A stretch of 64,000 bases of DNA, from positions 75,700 through 139,699 of the forward strand of contig CAVYTA010000008.1 of NCBI GenBank assembly GCA_963771355.1, read 5' to 3'. How positions within the stretch are numbered: position 1 is the first letter of the stretch; each line of letters starts with the position of its first letter. Of the stretch, positions 12,287-23,069 are shown one piece after another. The notes below the pieces were generated by a model. It had not been told where the DNA came from. It worked only from the letters and a program-made list of their open reading frames with translations, and searched no databases. The translations under genes were made by a program, and so were the position numbers. Source of the DNA: an uncultured Candidatus Rokubacteria bacterium. Lineage in GTDB: Bacteria > Methylomirabilota > Methylomirabilia > Rokubacteriales > CSP1-6.

Positions 12287-12327
12287 GATCGGGCGGGGTC
12301 GGCAGCGTTCGCCGGCCCCGCCCGATC
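12287..12327. terminator. GC-rich inverted repeat (16-bp stem, 7-nt loop) between convergent livK and nifU-like genes; candidate bidirectional terminator
   Basis: gatcgggcggggtcggc-agcgttc-gccggccccgcccgatc is a near-perfect hairpin with one mismatch. It lies in the 73-nt gap between two convergent stop codons. Confidence 0.45.
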
Positions 12328-12343
12328 AACCCGTCGCGGGAGC

Positions 12344-12622
12344 TTACTTGCTGGGCTGGTAGTAGGGGTTGCTGCCCGAGGCGTGGTCGGTGGTGTCGAG
12401 GACTTCCTCGATCTCCGGGATCTCTTCCTTGATCAGCCGCTCGATGCCGGACTTGAGCGTCACGTCGGCGGCCCCGCAGCCCTGGCAGCCTCCGCCCATG
12501 GTGAGATACACCTTGTTGTCCTTGACGTCGATGAGATCCACGAAGCCTCCGTGGCCCGCCACCGCGGGATTGATCATCGAGTCGATCAGCTCCTGCACCT
12601 TGGTCTTGAGATCCTCGCTCAT
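12344..12622 (-). CDS. NifU-like (Nfu-type) Fe-S cluster scaffold domain protein, 92 aa
   Basis: Internal ATG at 12622 with GGAGG RBS. The long ORF to 13108 is an out-of-frame extension. Nfu C-terminal domain motif GGGCQGCGAADVTLKSGIE. Confidence 0.7.
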   Translation of the reverse strand: MSEDLKTKVQELIDSMINPAVAGHGGFVDLIDVKDNKVYLTMGGGCQGCGAADVTLKSGIERLIKEEIPEIEEVLDTTDHASGSNPYYQPSK

Positions 12623-12645
12623 ACCTGCCTCCTTGCGCAGCGCGT

Positions 12646-14097
12646 CTAGATCACTACTGTACTCGAATATCCGGTAAGGGCCAACTGGCCCTTGGTGGGC
12701 TCCGCTCAGCAGAACCAGGGCTCGGTGAGGCGGGGCGGGCGTCGACGGTCGGGGGCCAGGCGCGGCGCCAGGGGTGCCGGGGCGGGGGTGCCCGCCGCCG
12801 TCGCGGCGAGGGCGCGCACACGGTCGAAGGTGACGGCGGAATCCTCGGCGCGCGGGGCCGATTCGGCGATGAGCGCCGCCACGCCGGCCTGGAGCGTCTC
12901 CATCCGCGGGTCCGGGTGCCGCCACGCGTAGGAGAAATCCGCCGCCACCAGCGCGCCCAGATACGGCCGCATGCCGGGGTGGTCCACCAGCCGCGAGCCG
13001 GGCGGCACCAGGAGCCGCAGCGAGTACTGCACCGGGTCCACGTGGTCCACGAGGTCGCGCGCCGCGACCCAGTCGAGCACCTCCACGAAGTCGCGGAGCG
13101 TCGTCCACGGCGTGAACGCCACCCAGGTGGGCCGCAGCGCGATGCCGGCCGCGCGAGTGGCGGCCAGCGCGACCTCCACGTCGGCACGCGTGTGCCCCTT
13201 GTCGAGATGCGCGAGCACGGTCTCGCTGAGGGACTCCACCGCAGACACCACGAAGAGGCAGCCGAGCGCGCCCAGCTCGGGCAGGTCGCCCGCGCGCCGG
13301 AGCAGGTGCTCGACTTTGGCGGTGAAGTCGAAGGTGACCCCGGGAAACTCACGGTGCAGGCGCCGGACGACCTCGAGGGCGTGGCCGGGACCGTTGAGGA
13401 AGTCGGGATCGCCGAAGGTGATATGCCCCGCGCCTGCCTCCACCTGTTGCGCCACGTCCTCCAGGACCACATCCGCGGGCACCACGAAGAAGCGGCCCCC
13501 ATAGACGGGCGGGATGGGGCAGTGGCGACAGAGGTGCTTGCAGCCGCGGCTGGCCTCGACGTAGCCCACGGGGATCTGGCGCCCGTCGTGCTCGAGCCGC
13601 GCATAGGTCTTGAGCGCGGGCAGCGCAGCGCGGCTGGGCCGCGGCAGCGTGGGCCGTGCGATGTGGGGGCCCGCGGGCTGGCCCACGCGGCGCACCCCGG
13701 GGAGGGGGCCCGCCCGGCCGGACTCGAGCGCTTCCACGAGTGCGGCCAGCGGCTCCTCCACCTCGCCGCCGATCACGCTGTCGGCGCCATGGGCGAGCAG
13801 GTGCTCGGCGTTGAGCGTGGCGTAGAGCCCGTAGAAGCACACGTGAACGCCGGGATTGAGCCGCCGCACCCGCTCCGCCACGGTGATGCCCACGCGCAGC
13901 GCGGTGTGCATGGGTACGGAGATGGCGACCAGGCGCGCGCGGCGCACCTTCTCGGCGTCGAGGGGTTCGACCGAGATGTCGAGGACGGCGGGGGCGAACC
14001 CGCGCTGCTCGAGCACCGCCGCCGGCCAGGCCACCGCCAGCGGCTGGTGGCCCAGCTCGTAGCAGGCGATCAGCAACACAGCCCCGTGATCTCTCAC
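12646..14097 (-). CDS. B12-binding-domain radical SAM selenoprotein, CUAEP-tail family (Sec at TGA 12706-12708)
   Basis: N-terminal Rossmann B12-binding-like domain. Radical SAM CKHLCRHC (Cx3Cx2C) cluster. ORF stops at TGA, but read-through gives ...EPWFC-U-AEPTKGQLALTGYSSTVVI-TAG. The C-U-A-E-P tail is the signature of the CUAEP/CCAEP-tail radical SAM (seleno)protein family. A hairpin lies 13-30 nt downstream of the TGA. Confidence 0.65.
12676..12693 (-). promoter_or_regulatory. candidate bacterial SECIS hairpin (AAGGGCC-AGUU-GGCCCUU) downstream of in-frame UGA
   Basis: Perfect 7-bp stem with 4-nt loop, beginning 13 nt 3' of the UGA codon on the mRNA. This is the position expected for a bacterial SECIS. 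Confidence 0.4.
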
Positions 14098-14121
14098 GGA
14101 GCCGAGTCTACACCCTCGCCG

Positions 14122-14415
14122 CTAGGAGTAACTCGGCTCGGCGGGCAGCGGCAGCGGCGCGCGCAGGCGCGGGAGCGCCTCGTTCAGCACACGCCCGAGG
14201 CCATCGGCGAGGACGTCCGCCAGCTGGCCACGCTCGCGCCGCAGGCTGTCGTTCTCGCTCTGCAGGGCGTCGAGCTCGCGCCGGAGCTCGTTGACCTCCT
14301 GGAGGAGCCGGTTCGAGGCGCGCTCGGTGGCCTCGAGCCGGGCGCACAGGCGGTCCTGCTCGGTGAGGAGCCGGGTGATGCGAATCCGGGCGTCGTGGAA
14401 GTCCAGGTCGTCCAT
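14122..14415 (-). CDS. hypothetical coiled-coil protein, 97 aa
   Basis: Internal ATG at 14415. Heptad-rich sequence (LQEVNELRRELDALQSENDSLRRERGQL). The upstream part of the listed ORF is non-coding in character. Confidence 0.45.
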   Translation of the reverse strand: MDDLDFHDARIRITRLLTEQDRLCARLEATERASNRLLQEVNELRRELDALQSENDSLRRERGQLADVLADGLGRVLNEALPRLRAPLPLPAEPSYS

Positions 14416-14500
14416 GGCCGGCAGTGTAGCACAGGATGGGGTGCAAGCCATGCATCCTACCGTATCTAGGGGGCAGGGCCCTGTGCTAGCCTCGAAGGCC

Positions 14501-15706
14501 ATGGCCGCCCGCCCCGCCGCGCTCGCCTTCATCTTCGTCACCGTCGTGCTCGACATGCTCGCGCTCGGCGTGATCATTCCGGTGCTGCCGCGGCTGGTGG
14601 TCAGCTTCCTCGGTGGGGACACCGCCCGCGCGGCGGAGATCTACGGCGTCTTCGGCACCGTGTGGGCGCTGATGCAGTTCGTGTCTTCTCCGGTGCTCGG
14701 CGCGCTGTCGGATCGCTGGGGCCGGCGGCCCGTCATCCTGCTCTCCAATCTCGGGCTGGGTCTCGACTACGTGCTGATGGCGCTGGCGCCCACGCTCACC
14801 TGGCTCTTCGTGGGCCGGGTGATTTCCGGCGTCACCGCGGCCAGCGTCAGCATCGCGGGCGCCTATATCGCCGACGTCACCCCGCCCGAGCAGCGCGCGC
14901 GGGGGTTCGGCATGATCGGCGCCGCGTTCGGCGTCGGGTTCATCTTGGGTCCCGCGCTGGGCGGCGTGCTGGGGGTGGTGGATCCGCGGCTGCCCTTCTG
15001 GGTGGCGGCGGGCTTGAGCCTGCTCAACGCGCTCTACGGTTACTTCGTGCTGCCGGAGTCCTTGCCGCGGGAGCGGCGCGCGCCCCTTCGGTGGCGGCGC
15101 GCCAATCCGCTGGGGGCCCTCGGCCTCCTCGGCTCGCACCGGGAGCTCGGCGGCCTCGCCATTGTCCATTTCATCGGCCGGGTGGCGCACGAGGTGCTGC
15201 CGAGCGTCTTCGTCCTCTACGCGGGCTATCGCTACGGATGGGACGAGCGAGCCCTGGGGCTCTTTCTCGCCGCGGTGGGGCTGTCCACCATGATCGTCTC
15301 GGGACGCCTCGTGCACCCGATCGTCAGCCGGCTGGGCGAGCGCTGGGCGCTGCTCCTGGCCCTGGCCTGCGGCGCCGTCGGCTTCGCGATCTACGGGCTC
15401 GCGTCGGTGGGAGTGGTGGCCCTGCTCGCGGTGCCCATCCACGCGCTCTGGGGCCTGGGGAGCCCGGCCGCGCAGGGCCTGATGACCCGCCGCGTGCCGG
15501 CCTCGGAGCAGGGGCAGCTCCAGGGCGCGCTGTCGAGCCTGGGCGGGATCGCCGGGCTCATCGGCCCCGGCCTCTTCACGCTGACCTTCGCGTGGTTCCT
15601 CGGCGCGCGCGGCGGGATCGCCTTGCCCGGCGCGCCGCTCCTCCTCGCCGCGCTCCTGATGCTGGTCTCGCTCGCGGTCGCGTGGCGCGCAACTCGCGCG
15701 CGTTAG
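14501..15706 (+). CDS. MFS transporter (DHA1/TetA-like, 12 TMS)
   Basis: ATG at 14501. MFS signature motifs (GALSDRWGRRPV, GRVISG). Hydrophobic throughout. Confidence 0.8.
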   Translation: MAARPAALAFIFVTVVLDMLALGVIIPVLPRLVVSFLGGDTARAAEIYGVFGTVWALMQFVSSPVLGALSDRWGRRPVILLSNLGLGLDYVLMALAPTLTWLFVGRVISGVTAASVSIAGAYIADVTPPEQRARGFGMIGAAFGVGFILGPALGGVLGVVDPRLPFWVAAGLSLLNALYGYFVLPESLPRERRAPLRWRRANPLGALGLLGSHRELGGLAIVHFIGRVAHEVLPSVFVLYAGYRYGWDERALGLFLAAVGLSTMIVSGRLVHPIVSRLGERWALLLALACGAVGFAIYGLASVGVVALLAVPIHALWGLGSPAAQGLMTRRVPASEQGQLQGALSSLGGIAGLIGPGLFTLTFAWFLGARGGIALPGAPLLLAALLMLVSLAVAWRATRAR

Positions 15707-15736
15707 TCGGCCGCGGGGGCTCGTCGGCCGCGCGAG

Positions 15737-16698
<962 letters not shown>

Positions 16699-16702
<4 letters not shown>

Positions 16703-17691
16703 GCCTTCCTCGCGGGCTCGGCGTGCACGGCGAGCCAGCAGCGGCCGAAGTGGGCGGGGGAGACGGTGATGTCGGGCGGCGCCTCCTCGTGGCAGCGGTC
16801 CATCACCTCGGGACAGCGCGGATGGAAGGCGCAGCCGGTGGGGAGGGCAGCGAGGTCGGGCGGCTGTCCTTCGATGGCGGTGAGCCGCCGGCGCGAATCG
16901 CTCATGCGCGGGATCGACTCCAGGAGGGCCCGGGTATAGGGATGCGCGGGCGCGTCGAAGATCTCCTTCACCGGGCCCACCTCCACCATGCGCCCCGCGT
17001 ACATCACCGCCACCCGGTCGCACATCTTGGCCACGATACCGAGGTTGTGGGTGATGAAGATGAGGGCGAGGCCGTGGGCTCTCTGCAGCTCGCGCAGGAG
17101 GTTCAGGTACTGCGCCTGGATGGTGAGATCGAGGCTGGTGGTCGGCTCGTCGGCGATGAGGAGACGCGGCTCGCAGGAGATGCCGATGGCCCCGACGATG
17201 CGCTGGCGCATGCCCCCCGACATCTGGTGGGGATACTCCTTCACACGGGCCTCGGGGGCGGGGATTTTCACGGAGCGCAGCAGCTCGCGCGCGCGCGCCC
17301 AGGCGCTCTTGCGGGAGGCGTGCTCGTGGACGCGGAGCGGCTCGGCCACCTGGTTCCCGATCGTGAAGAGGGGGTTGAGCGAGGCCAAAGGGTCCTGCAG
17401 GATCATCGCGATCCGCTGGCCCCGCACCTTGCGCATCTCCTTGTCCGACAGGGCCAGCAGATCGCGGCCCTCGAAACGGACCTCGCCCGAGACGAAGCGC
17501 GCCGCGGTGGGCAGGAGCCGCAGCAGCGAGAGCGCCAGCGTGGTCTTGCCCGACCCCGATTCGCCCACGATGCCCAGCGTCTCGCCCGCGTCGAGCGAGA
17601 AGGACACCTCGTCCACCGCGCGGTTGACGCGGGCGCCCCGCGCGGTGACGTAGTGCACCCCGAGATTCCGGATCTCCAGGAGCGGGCTCAA
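16699..17691 (-). CDS. oppD: oligopeptide/dipeptide ABC transporter ATP-binding protein (OppD/DppD-like)
   Basis: Walker [18 protein letters not shown], OppD C-terminal domain. Confidence 0.85.
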
Positions 17692-17788
17692 TGCGAGATC
17701 ACGAAGGCGAGCGCGAGGATGCCGAGCCCGATGAGCAGATCGAGCACGCCCTTGAAGCGGAAGGACCGGCGCGGGGGATCCGGCTCGC

Positions 17789-18694
17789 TCATAGCTGGCG
17801 AAGCTGGGGGTCGAGCTTGACCCGCAGCCAGTCTCCGAGGAGGTTGGCGGACAGCACCATCAGCATGATGCAGCACCCCGGCAGCACGGTGAGCCACCAG
17901 TACCCGGCCATCAGGCCCTTCTTACCGTCGGCCAGCATGAGGCCCCAGGCCGGCAGCGGCGGCGGTACGCCCACCCCGAGGAAGGACAGCGCCGCCTCCG
18001 TCACGATGACCACGCCCAGCATGAGGGTGCCCAGCACGATGGCCGAGTTCAGCACGTTGGGCAGGATGTGCTTGCGCATGATCGTGCGCTTGGAGCAGCC
18101 CGCCACGATGGCCAGGCGCACGAAGTCGCGCTCCTTCAGCGAGAGCACCTCGCCGCGGATGACGCGGGCGTAGCGGGTCCAGTAGATCGCCCCCAGGATG
18201 ATGACGATGTTCATGACCCCGGGACCCCGGATGGCAGCCAGGAAGATGGCGAAGGTCAGGGCGGGCAGGGCGAGCCAGGTGTCGGTCACGCGCATGATCA
18301 CCTGGTCCACCCACCCGCCGAGGTAGCCGGAGAGGATGCCCAGCGAGGTGCCGATCACCCCCGCCACGAGGACGGCGGTGAAGCCCACGATCATGGACAC
18401 GCGGGCGCCGAAGATCAGCCGCGCGAGCACGTCCCGCCCGAGGTGGTCCGTGCCGAGGAGATTCTCGGCGCGTCCCCCCGTCTGCCAGGCGGGCGGCTTG
18501 AAGCGATCGCCCAGGCTGCCCACCTCCGGATCGAAGGGGGTGATGACGTTGGCGAAGATCGCCACCAGCATGAGGACGACCAGGATGCCGGTAGCGATGT
18601 AGGGAAAACCGCTCGCGCGAAGCGTGGACATCCGCGAGCCGACGATCAGCTCCCCTCCTCCACTCTCTCGAAGCGCGGCTTCGGTGGTGCTCAT
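17789..18694 (-). CDS. oppC: oligopeptide ABC transporter permease (OppC/DppC-like)
   Basis: ATG at 18694 overlaps the oppB stop (ATGA). BPD-transporter permease with N-terminal OppC domain. Confidence 0.85.
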   Translation of the reverse strand: MSTTEAALRESGGGELIVGSRMSTLRASGFPYIATGILVVLMLVAIFANVITPFDPEVGSLGDRFKPPAWQTGGRAENLLGTDHLGRDVLARLIFGARVSMIVGFTAVLVAGVIGTSLGILSGYLGGWVDQVIMRVTDTWLALPALTFAIFLAAIRGPGVMNIVIILGAIYWTRYARVIRGEVLSLKERDFVRLAIVAGCSKRTIMRKHILPNVLNSAIVLGTLMLGVVIVTEAALSFLGVGVPPPLPAWGLMLADGKKGLMAGYWWLTVLPGCCIMLMVLSANLLGDWLRVKLDPQLRQL

Positions 18695-19611
18695 CGGTCG
18701 TACCGGATGCGGGGGTCGATCACCGCGTAGAGCACGTCCACGAGGAGGTTCACGAAGACGATCATGGCGCCCCCCAGGAGGACGGTGGCCTGCACCACCG
18801 GGAAGTCGCGGAAGGAAATGCCTTCGTACAGCAGCCGTCCGATGCCGGGCCACGCGAAGACGGTCTCCACTACCACCGCCACGTTGACCATGATGACGAG
18901 GTTGATGCCGGCCAGGGTGAGCACGGGGATGAGCGCGTTCTTGAACGCGTGCTTGCCGATGACGAGGGCCTCCGGGAGGCCCTTGATGCGCGCGAGCTTG
19001 ACGTATTCCGAGCCCAGCACCTCCAGCATGGACGAGCGCGTGAGGCGCATGTGGGCGGCGGCGAAGTACCAGCCGAGCGCGAAGGCGGGCATCATCAGGT
19101 GCCACACGGTGCCCGAGCCCGAGGAGGGCAGCCAGCCGAGGTAGACGGAGAAGAAGAGGATCATCACCAGGCCGACCCAGAAGGAGGGGAGCGACAGCCC
19201 CAGCAGGGCGAAGATCTTGCCCGCGCTGTCCCACCACTGGTTCACCCGCACCGCCGCGATGATGCCGGTGGGGATGCCGATGAGGAGCGACAAGGCCATG
19301 GCGGCGCCCGCGAGCAGCAGCGAGTTCGGCAGGCGGGAGAGGTAGAGCTCGAGGACGGGGGTCCGGTAGTAGAAGGACTGGCCGAAGTCGCCCCGGAGGA
19401 GGTTCGACACGAAGGTCCCGTACTGCACCCAGATCGGCCGGTCGAGCCCGAGCTGCGTGCGGATGGCCTCGAGGTCCGCCTTGCTCGCCCCCGGCTCCAC
19501 CAGGAGGACGGCGGGATCCCCGGTGAGCCGGACGAACAGGAAGATGGTGAGGGAGAGCAGGGCCAGCGACACCAGCGCGTAGCCCAATCGTTTCAGGATG
19601 AATCGCTTCAT
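18691..19611 (-). CDS. oppB: oligopeptide ABC transporter permease (OppB/DppB-like)
   Basis: MKRFILKRLGYALVSLALLSLTIF... is a classic DppB/OppB N-terminus. Confidence 0.85.
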   Translation of the reverse strand: MKRFILKRLGYALVSLALLSLTIFLFVRLTGDPAVLLVEPGASKADLEAIRTQLGLDRPIWVQYGTFVSNLLRGDFGQSFYYRTPVLELYLSRLPNSLLLAGAAMALSLLIGIPTGIIAAVRVNQWWDSAGKIFALLGLSLPSFWVGLVMILFFSVYLGWLPSSGSGTVWHLMMPAFALGWYFAAAHMRLTRSSMLEVLGSEYVKLARIKGLPEALVIGKHAFKNALIPVLTLAGINLVIMVNVAVVVETVFAWPGIGRLLYEGISFRDFPVVQATVLLGGAMIVFVNLLVDVLYAVIDPRIRYDR

Positions 19612-19615
19612 GTGG

Positions 19616-21218
19616 TCACCGCTTGTTGAGGCGAAGGTCCTCGTAGGGTCCGGAATAGGCGTGGTTGGGAATCATGCCGAGCCCGTGCACCTCCAGCCGC
19701 GGTCCGACCCCGTTGAGAAAGGCGGGCTCGATGACCGGTCCGAACATGACCTGCTCGTGGATCACCTGCTGCATCTTGTGGAGGATCTGCTGGCGGACGC
19801 GCGGGTTCATCTCCTTCGACTGCTCACCGTAGAGCCCGTCCACCTCCGGATAGGTCCCGTAGACGTAGCGGCCCCCCGTCACCGCGTACTGCTCGAGCCG
19901 CGTGGGCGCGTTGCCGGGGGCGCCGCTGCCGCTGAAGATCACGCCCCGGAGCTTCTTGTCACCGTACTCCTGGAAGAAGGCCGCGCGCTCCATGGGCCGC
20001 AGGCGCAGCCGGATGCCTACCTGCTGGAGATAGTTCACCACCGGCTCCCCGATGGCCACCCCGTAGATGGTGTCGCCGGTGAGGTCGCCCGCGTCGAAGC
20101 CATTGGGGTAGCCGGCCTCGGCCAGGAGCGCCCGGGCGCGCTTGACGTCAAACGGATACGCCGGCGGCGTCCAGAAGTACTCCATGCCCTGCGGGATGAA
20201 GGAGTGCGCGAGCTTGGACAGCCCGAGGTAGACCGCGCCATTGATGCCGGCGCGATCGATGGCGAGGTTGGCGGCGAGCCGCACGCGCCGGTCGTGCCAG
20301 GGCGACTTCGGATCCCACTGCTCGGTGAAGAGGAGCCAGGTGGTGAAGGTGAAGTAGGTGGGCACCAGCCGGAGATTCGCCGTGCGCTTGACCTCCTCCG
20401 CCAGAGGCCCCGTGATGGAGTACGCCACGTCGACCTCGCCGCGCCTGAGCGCGGCCAGGCGGGTGGACTCGTCGGGGATCACGCGGAAGATGAGGGTCTT
20501 CACCGCGGGCGCCTTGCGCCAGTAGCCGTCGAAGGCCTCCACCGTCAGCTCCACGCCGGGCTTGAACGCCACGAACCGGTACGGGCCCGCGCCCACCGGG
20601 GCCTTCTTGAAGCCGTCCTCGCCCACCTGCTCCACGTACTTCTTCGGCACGATCCAGGCGGCGCCGGTGGCGGGGGTGGCGTAGAAGGTCATGAAGTCGG
20701 GCCAGGGCTGCTTGAGCACGAAGCGCACGCGCTGCGGGATCGAGCACCTCCACCCGCGCCACCTTGCCCTTGAGCAGCGCCGCGCTGGCGCCGCGATAGC
20801 GCTCGAACGAGAACTTCACATCCTCCGCCGTCACCGGCTCGCCGTGGTGGAACTTCGTCCCCTTGCGCAGCCGGAACTCGTAGGAGAGTCCGTCCTTGGA
20901 CGCGCTCCACGACTCGGCCAGGCTCGGCGTCATGGGATTGCCCGGCATGGGCTTGATGAGGGCATCGTGCAGCGCGTAGAGGACCATGAAGGGCGTGATG
21001 ATGCCGGACGTCTCGGCGGGGTCGAACCAAGTCGGCGCCAGCGTGACGTGGACGGCCCAGGTGGCCTGTCCCTCGGCGGCGCCGGCGGGAGGGACGGCCC
21101 CGGGGCCCGTGACGAAGGCGAGCGCCATCACGGCGAGGAGCAACGGGACGAGCATCGGCATCCGGTGGGACCGGCGGGCCGTGGAGGCCGTGGAGCGAAG
21201 CGGATGCCATCGGAGCAT
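19616..21218 (-). pseudogene. oppA: family-5 peptide/nickel ABC substrate-binding protein (OppA-like), disrupted by a 1-nt frameshift near 20736-20741
   Basis: N-terminal part (signal peptide ... VEVLDP) and C-terminal part (RVRFVLKQPWPDFMTFYATP...) are both good SBP_bac_5 sequence but lie in frames offset by one. The shift falls in a CCC/GGG homopolymer. Confidence 0.7.
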
Positions 21219-21302
21219 GACCCGTCCTCCGCGTCTTTGCGAAGCGTCCCGGAGCGATGCGGGGCCCGGGTAGCGGTCGGTGTGTCCTGGAAAGTTCACG
21301 CG

Positions 21303-21330
21303 ATTATCGTCGATACCGCAACCTTGTCAA
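21303..21330 (-). promoter_or_regulatory. sigma70-like promoter (TTGACA-16nt-GATAAT) upstream of the opp operon
   Basis: Minus-strand TTGACAaggttgcggtatcgacGATAAT lies about 90 nt upstream of the oppA-like start. Confidence 0.4.
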
Positions 21331-21386
21331 TCCCCGGGCCGGAGCACTCTCCCTCGGCCGGAGCAGTCAGCCCCCGGGCGAAGCCG

Positions 21387-23069
21387 TCAGCCGCGATGAC
21401 GCAGCACGGCACCGGGCCAGGCCCCGGTGTGGGCCCCATCCCGGTAGAGTACCTGCCCGTTGACGAGAGTGGCATGGATACCCCGGGCCTGGGCGACCAG
21501 TCGCTTGCCGCCACCGGGCAGGTCATGGACGTACTCCGGCGCCACGTCGTCCACCGTATCCGGGTCGAAGAGGACCAGGTCGGCCACCCGGCCGGGAGCG
21601 ATCACGCCCCGATCGGGAATGCCGAAGAACGTCGCCACCTCGGAGGTGAGCCGCCGCACCCCCTCCTCGAGCGACAGCGCCTGCCGCTCGCGCACCCACT
21701 TGCCGAGGAGATAGGTGGCGTAGCCCGCGTCGCAGAGCTGATCCACATGGGCCCCGCCGTCGGACAGTCCGATGAGGAAGCGCGGATCGGTGACCAGGGG
21801 CCGCACCCCCTCCGGGTCCTGATTCATCACCGGGAAGTCGAACAGTGTCTCCAGTCCATCAGCGAGCGCAATGTCCAGAATGGTGTCGGCGGGGTCCTGG
21901 CCGCGCGCCTCCGCGATCTCCGCCACGGATTTTCCGGATAGCGCCAGAGCTTCCGCGCCCGCCGCGTCGCGCACGGTGATGCGGCGCCACTGGCCGCGGA
22001 AGATGCGGCGCCGCTCCATCTCCTCCTTCCACTGGGTCCGGAAGCCCTCGCTCGCGTACAGCGCGCGCTGCTCCACCTCCGTGCGGTTGAACGCCTGGCC
22101 CCACGTGGCCATGGTGGCGAAGATGAACGGGTTCTTGAGCGTGAACTGGATGCGGAGCGGCCGGCAGGACACCTGCGGCACCGCGCGCTCGCGGCCCAGC
22201 AGCGGCGCCATGCGCTGCACGACCTCCTCGTGGGCGCCCGGCGGCCGGCCCGGCCGCGCGAAGACGGCGAGATAGGTCACGGGTCGCCGGCTCTCGTCCA
22301 CCAAGAGCTTCAGCGTCGCGTATTCGTCGTCGGTGACGCGGTCGGGCAGCGAGGTGATGGCGGCCTCGATGACGCCGCGCCCCCGCGCGCGCATGGCTCC
22401 GCAGAGCGCCCGCAGCTCGTCGGCGCTCGCCAGCCGGCAGGCGAGCGGGCGGCCCTGGTCGCCGACATGATTCTGGAGAATGGTGGTGGACAGCCCGAAG
22501 GCACCCGCGTCCAGCGCCTCGCCGAAGAGCCGGCCCAGCGTGGCCGTCTCCTCCGCCGTCGCCGCGCGGTCGACGGAGGCCTCGCCGAGCACGTAGTGGC
22601 GCAGCGGCGTGAGCGGCACCAGCGGCGCCACGTTGATGCCCAGCGGCCGGCGGCCCAGCGCGTCCATGTACTCGCCGAAGGACTCCCACTCCCAGCCGAT
22701 GCCGCGCCGCATGACGTCCAGCGGGATGGCCTCGACGTTGACGAGGTCGCCCATGAGGACCTCGCGCGCCTGGGGCCGGCAGGGGGCCACGCCCACCCCG
22801 CAATTGCCCATCACCACCGAGGTGATGCCATGCCACGATGAGCAGGTGAGGAGCGGGTCCCAGGCCACCTGCGCGTCGTAGTGGGTGTGCGGGTCGATGA
22901 AGCCGGGGGCCAGGACCAGGCCGCGCGCGTTCAGCCGCTCGCGCGCCGCCTCGCCGGGCCCGATCCCGACCGCGGTGATGCGCCCGCCGGAGACGGCGAT
23001 GCCCCCGCGGCGTGCGGGCGCGCCGGTGCCGTCGACGATGCGCGCGTTGTCGATCACGAGATCATGCAT
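21387..23069 (-). CDS. N-acyl-D-amino-acid deacylase (D-aminoacylase) family amidohydrolase
   Basis: MHDLVIDNARIVDGTGAP...GFIDPHTHYD metal-binding motif. Length 560 aa, typical of D-aminoacylases. Confidence 0.8.
   Translation of the reverse strand: MHDLVIDNARIVDGTGAPARRGGIAVSGGRITAVGIGPGEAARERLNARGLVLAPGFIDPHTHYDAQVAWDPLLTCSSWHGITSVVMGNCGVGVAPCRPQAREVLMGDLVNVEAIPLDVMRRGIGWEWESFGEYMDALGRRPLGINVAPLVPLTPLRHYVLGEASVDRAATAEETATLGRLFGEALDAGAFGLSTTILQNHVGDQGRPLACRLASADELRALCGAMRARGRGVIEAAITSLPDRVTDDEYATLKLLVDESRRPVTYLAVFARPGRPPGAHEEVVQRMAPLLGRERAVPQVSCRPLRIQFTLKNPFIFATMATWGQAFNRTEVEQRALYASEGFRTQWKEEMERRRIFRGQWRRITVRDAAGAEALALSGKSVAEIAEARGQDPADTILDIALADGLETLFDFPVMNQDPEGVRPLVTDPRFLIGLSDGGAHVDQLCDAGYATYLLGKWVRERQALSLEEGVRRLTSEVATFFGIPDRGVIAPGRVADLVLFDPDTVDDVAPEYVHDLPGGGKRLVAQARGIHATLVNGQVLYRDGAHTGAWPGAVLRHRG

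Noticed and set aside
14108-14622. ORFs 14108-14455 (-) and the N-terminal extension of 14122-14622 (-).
   Set aside because: Low-complexity extensions. Only the 97-aa coiled-coil region from ATG 14415 looks genuinely coding.
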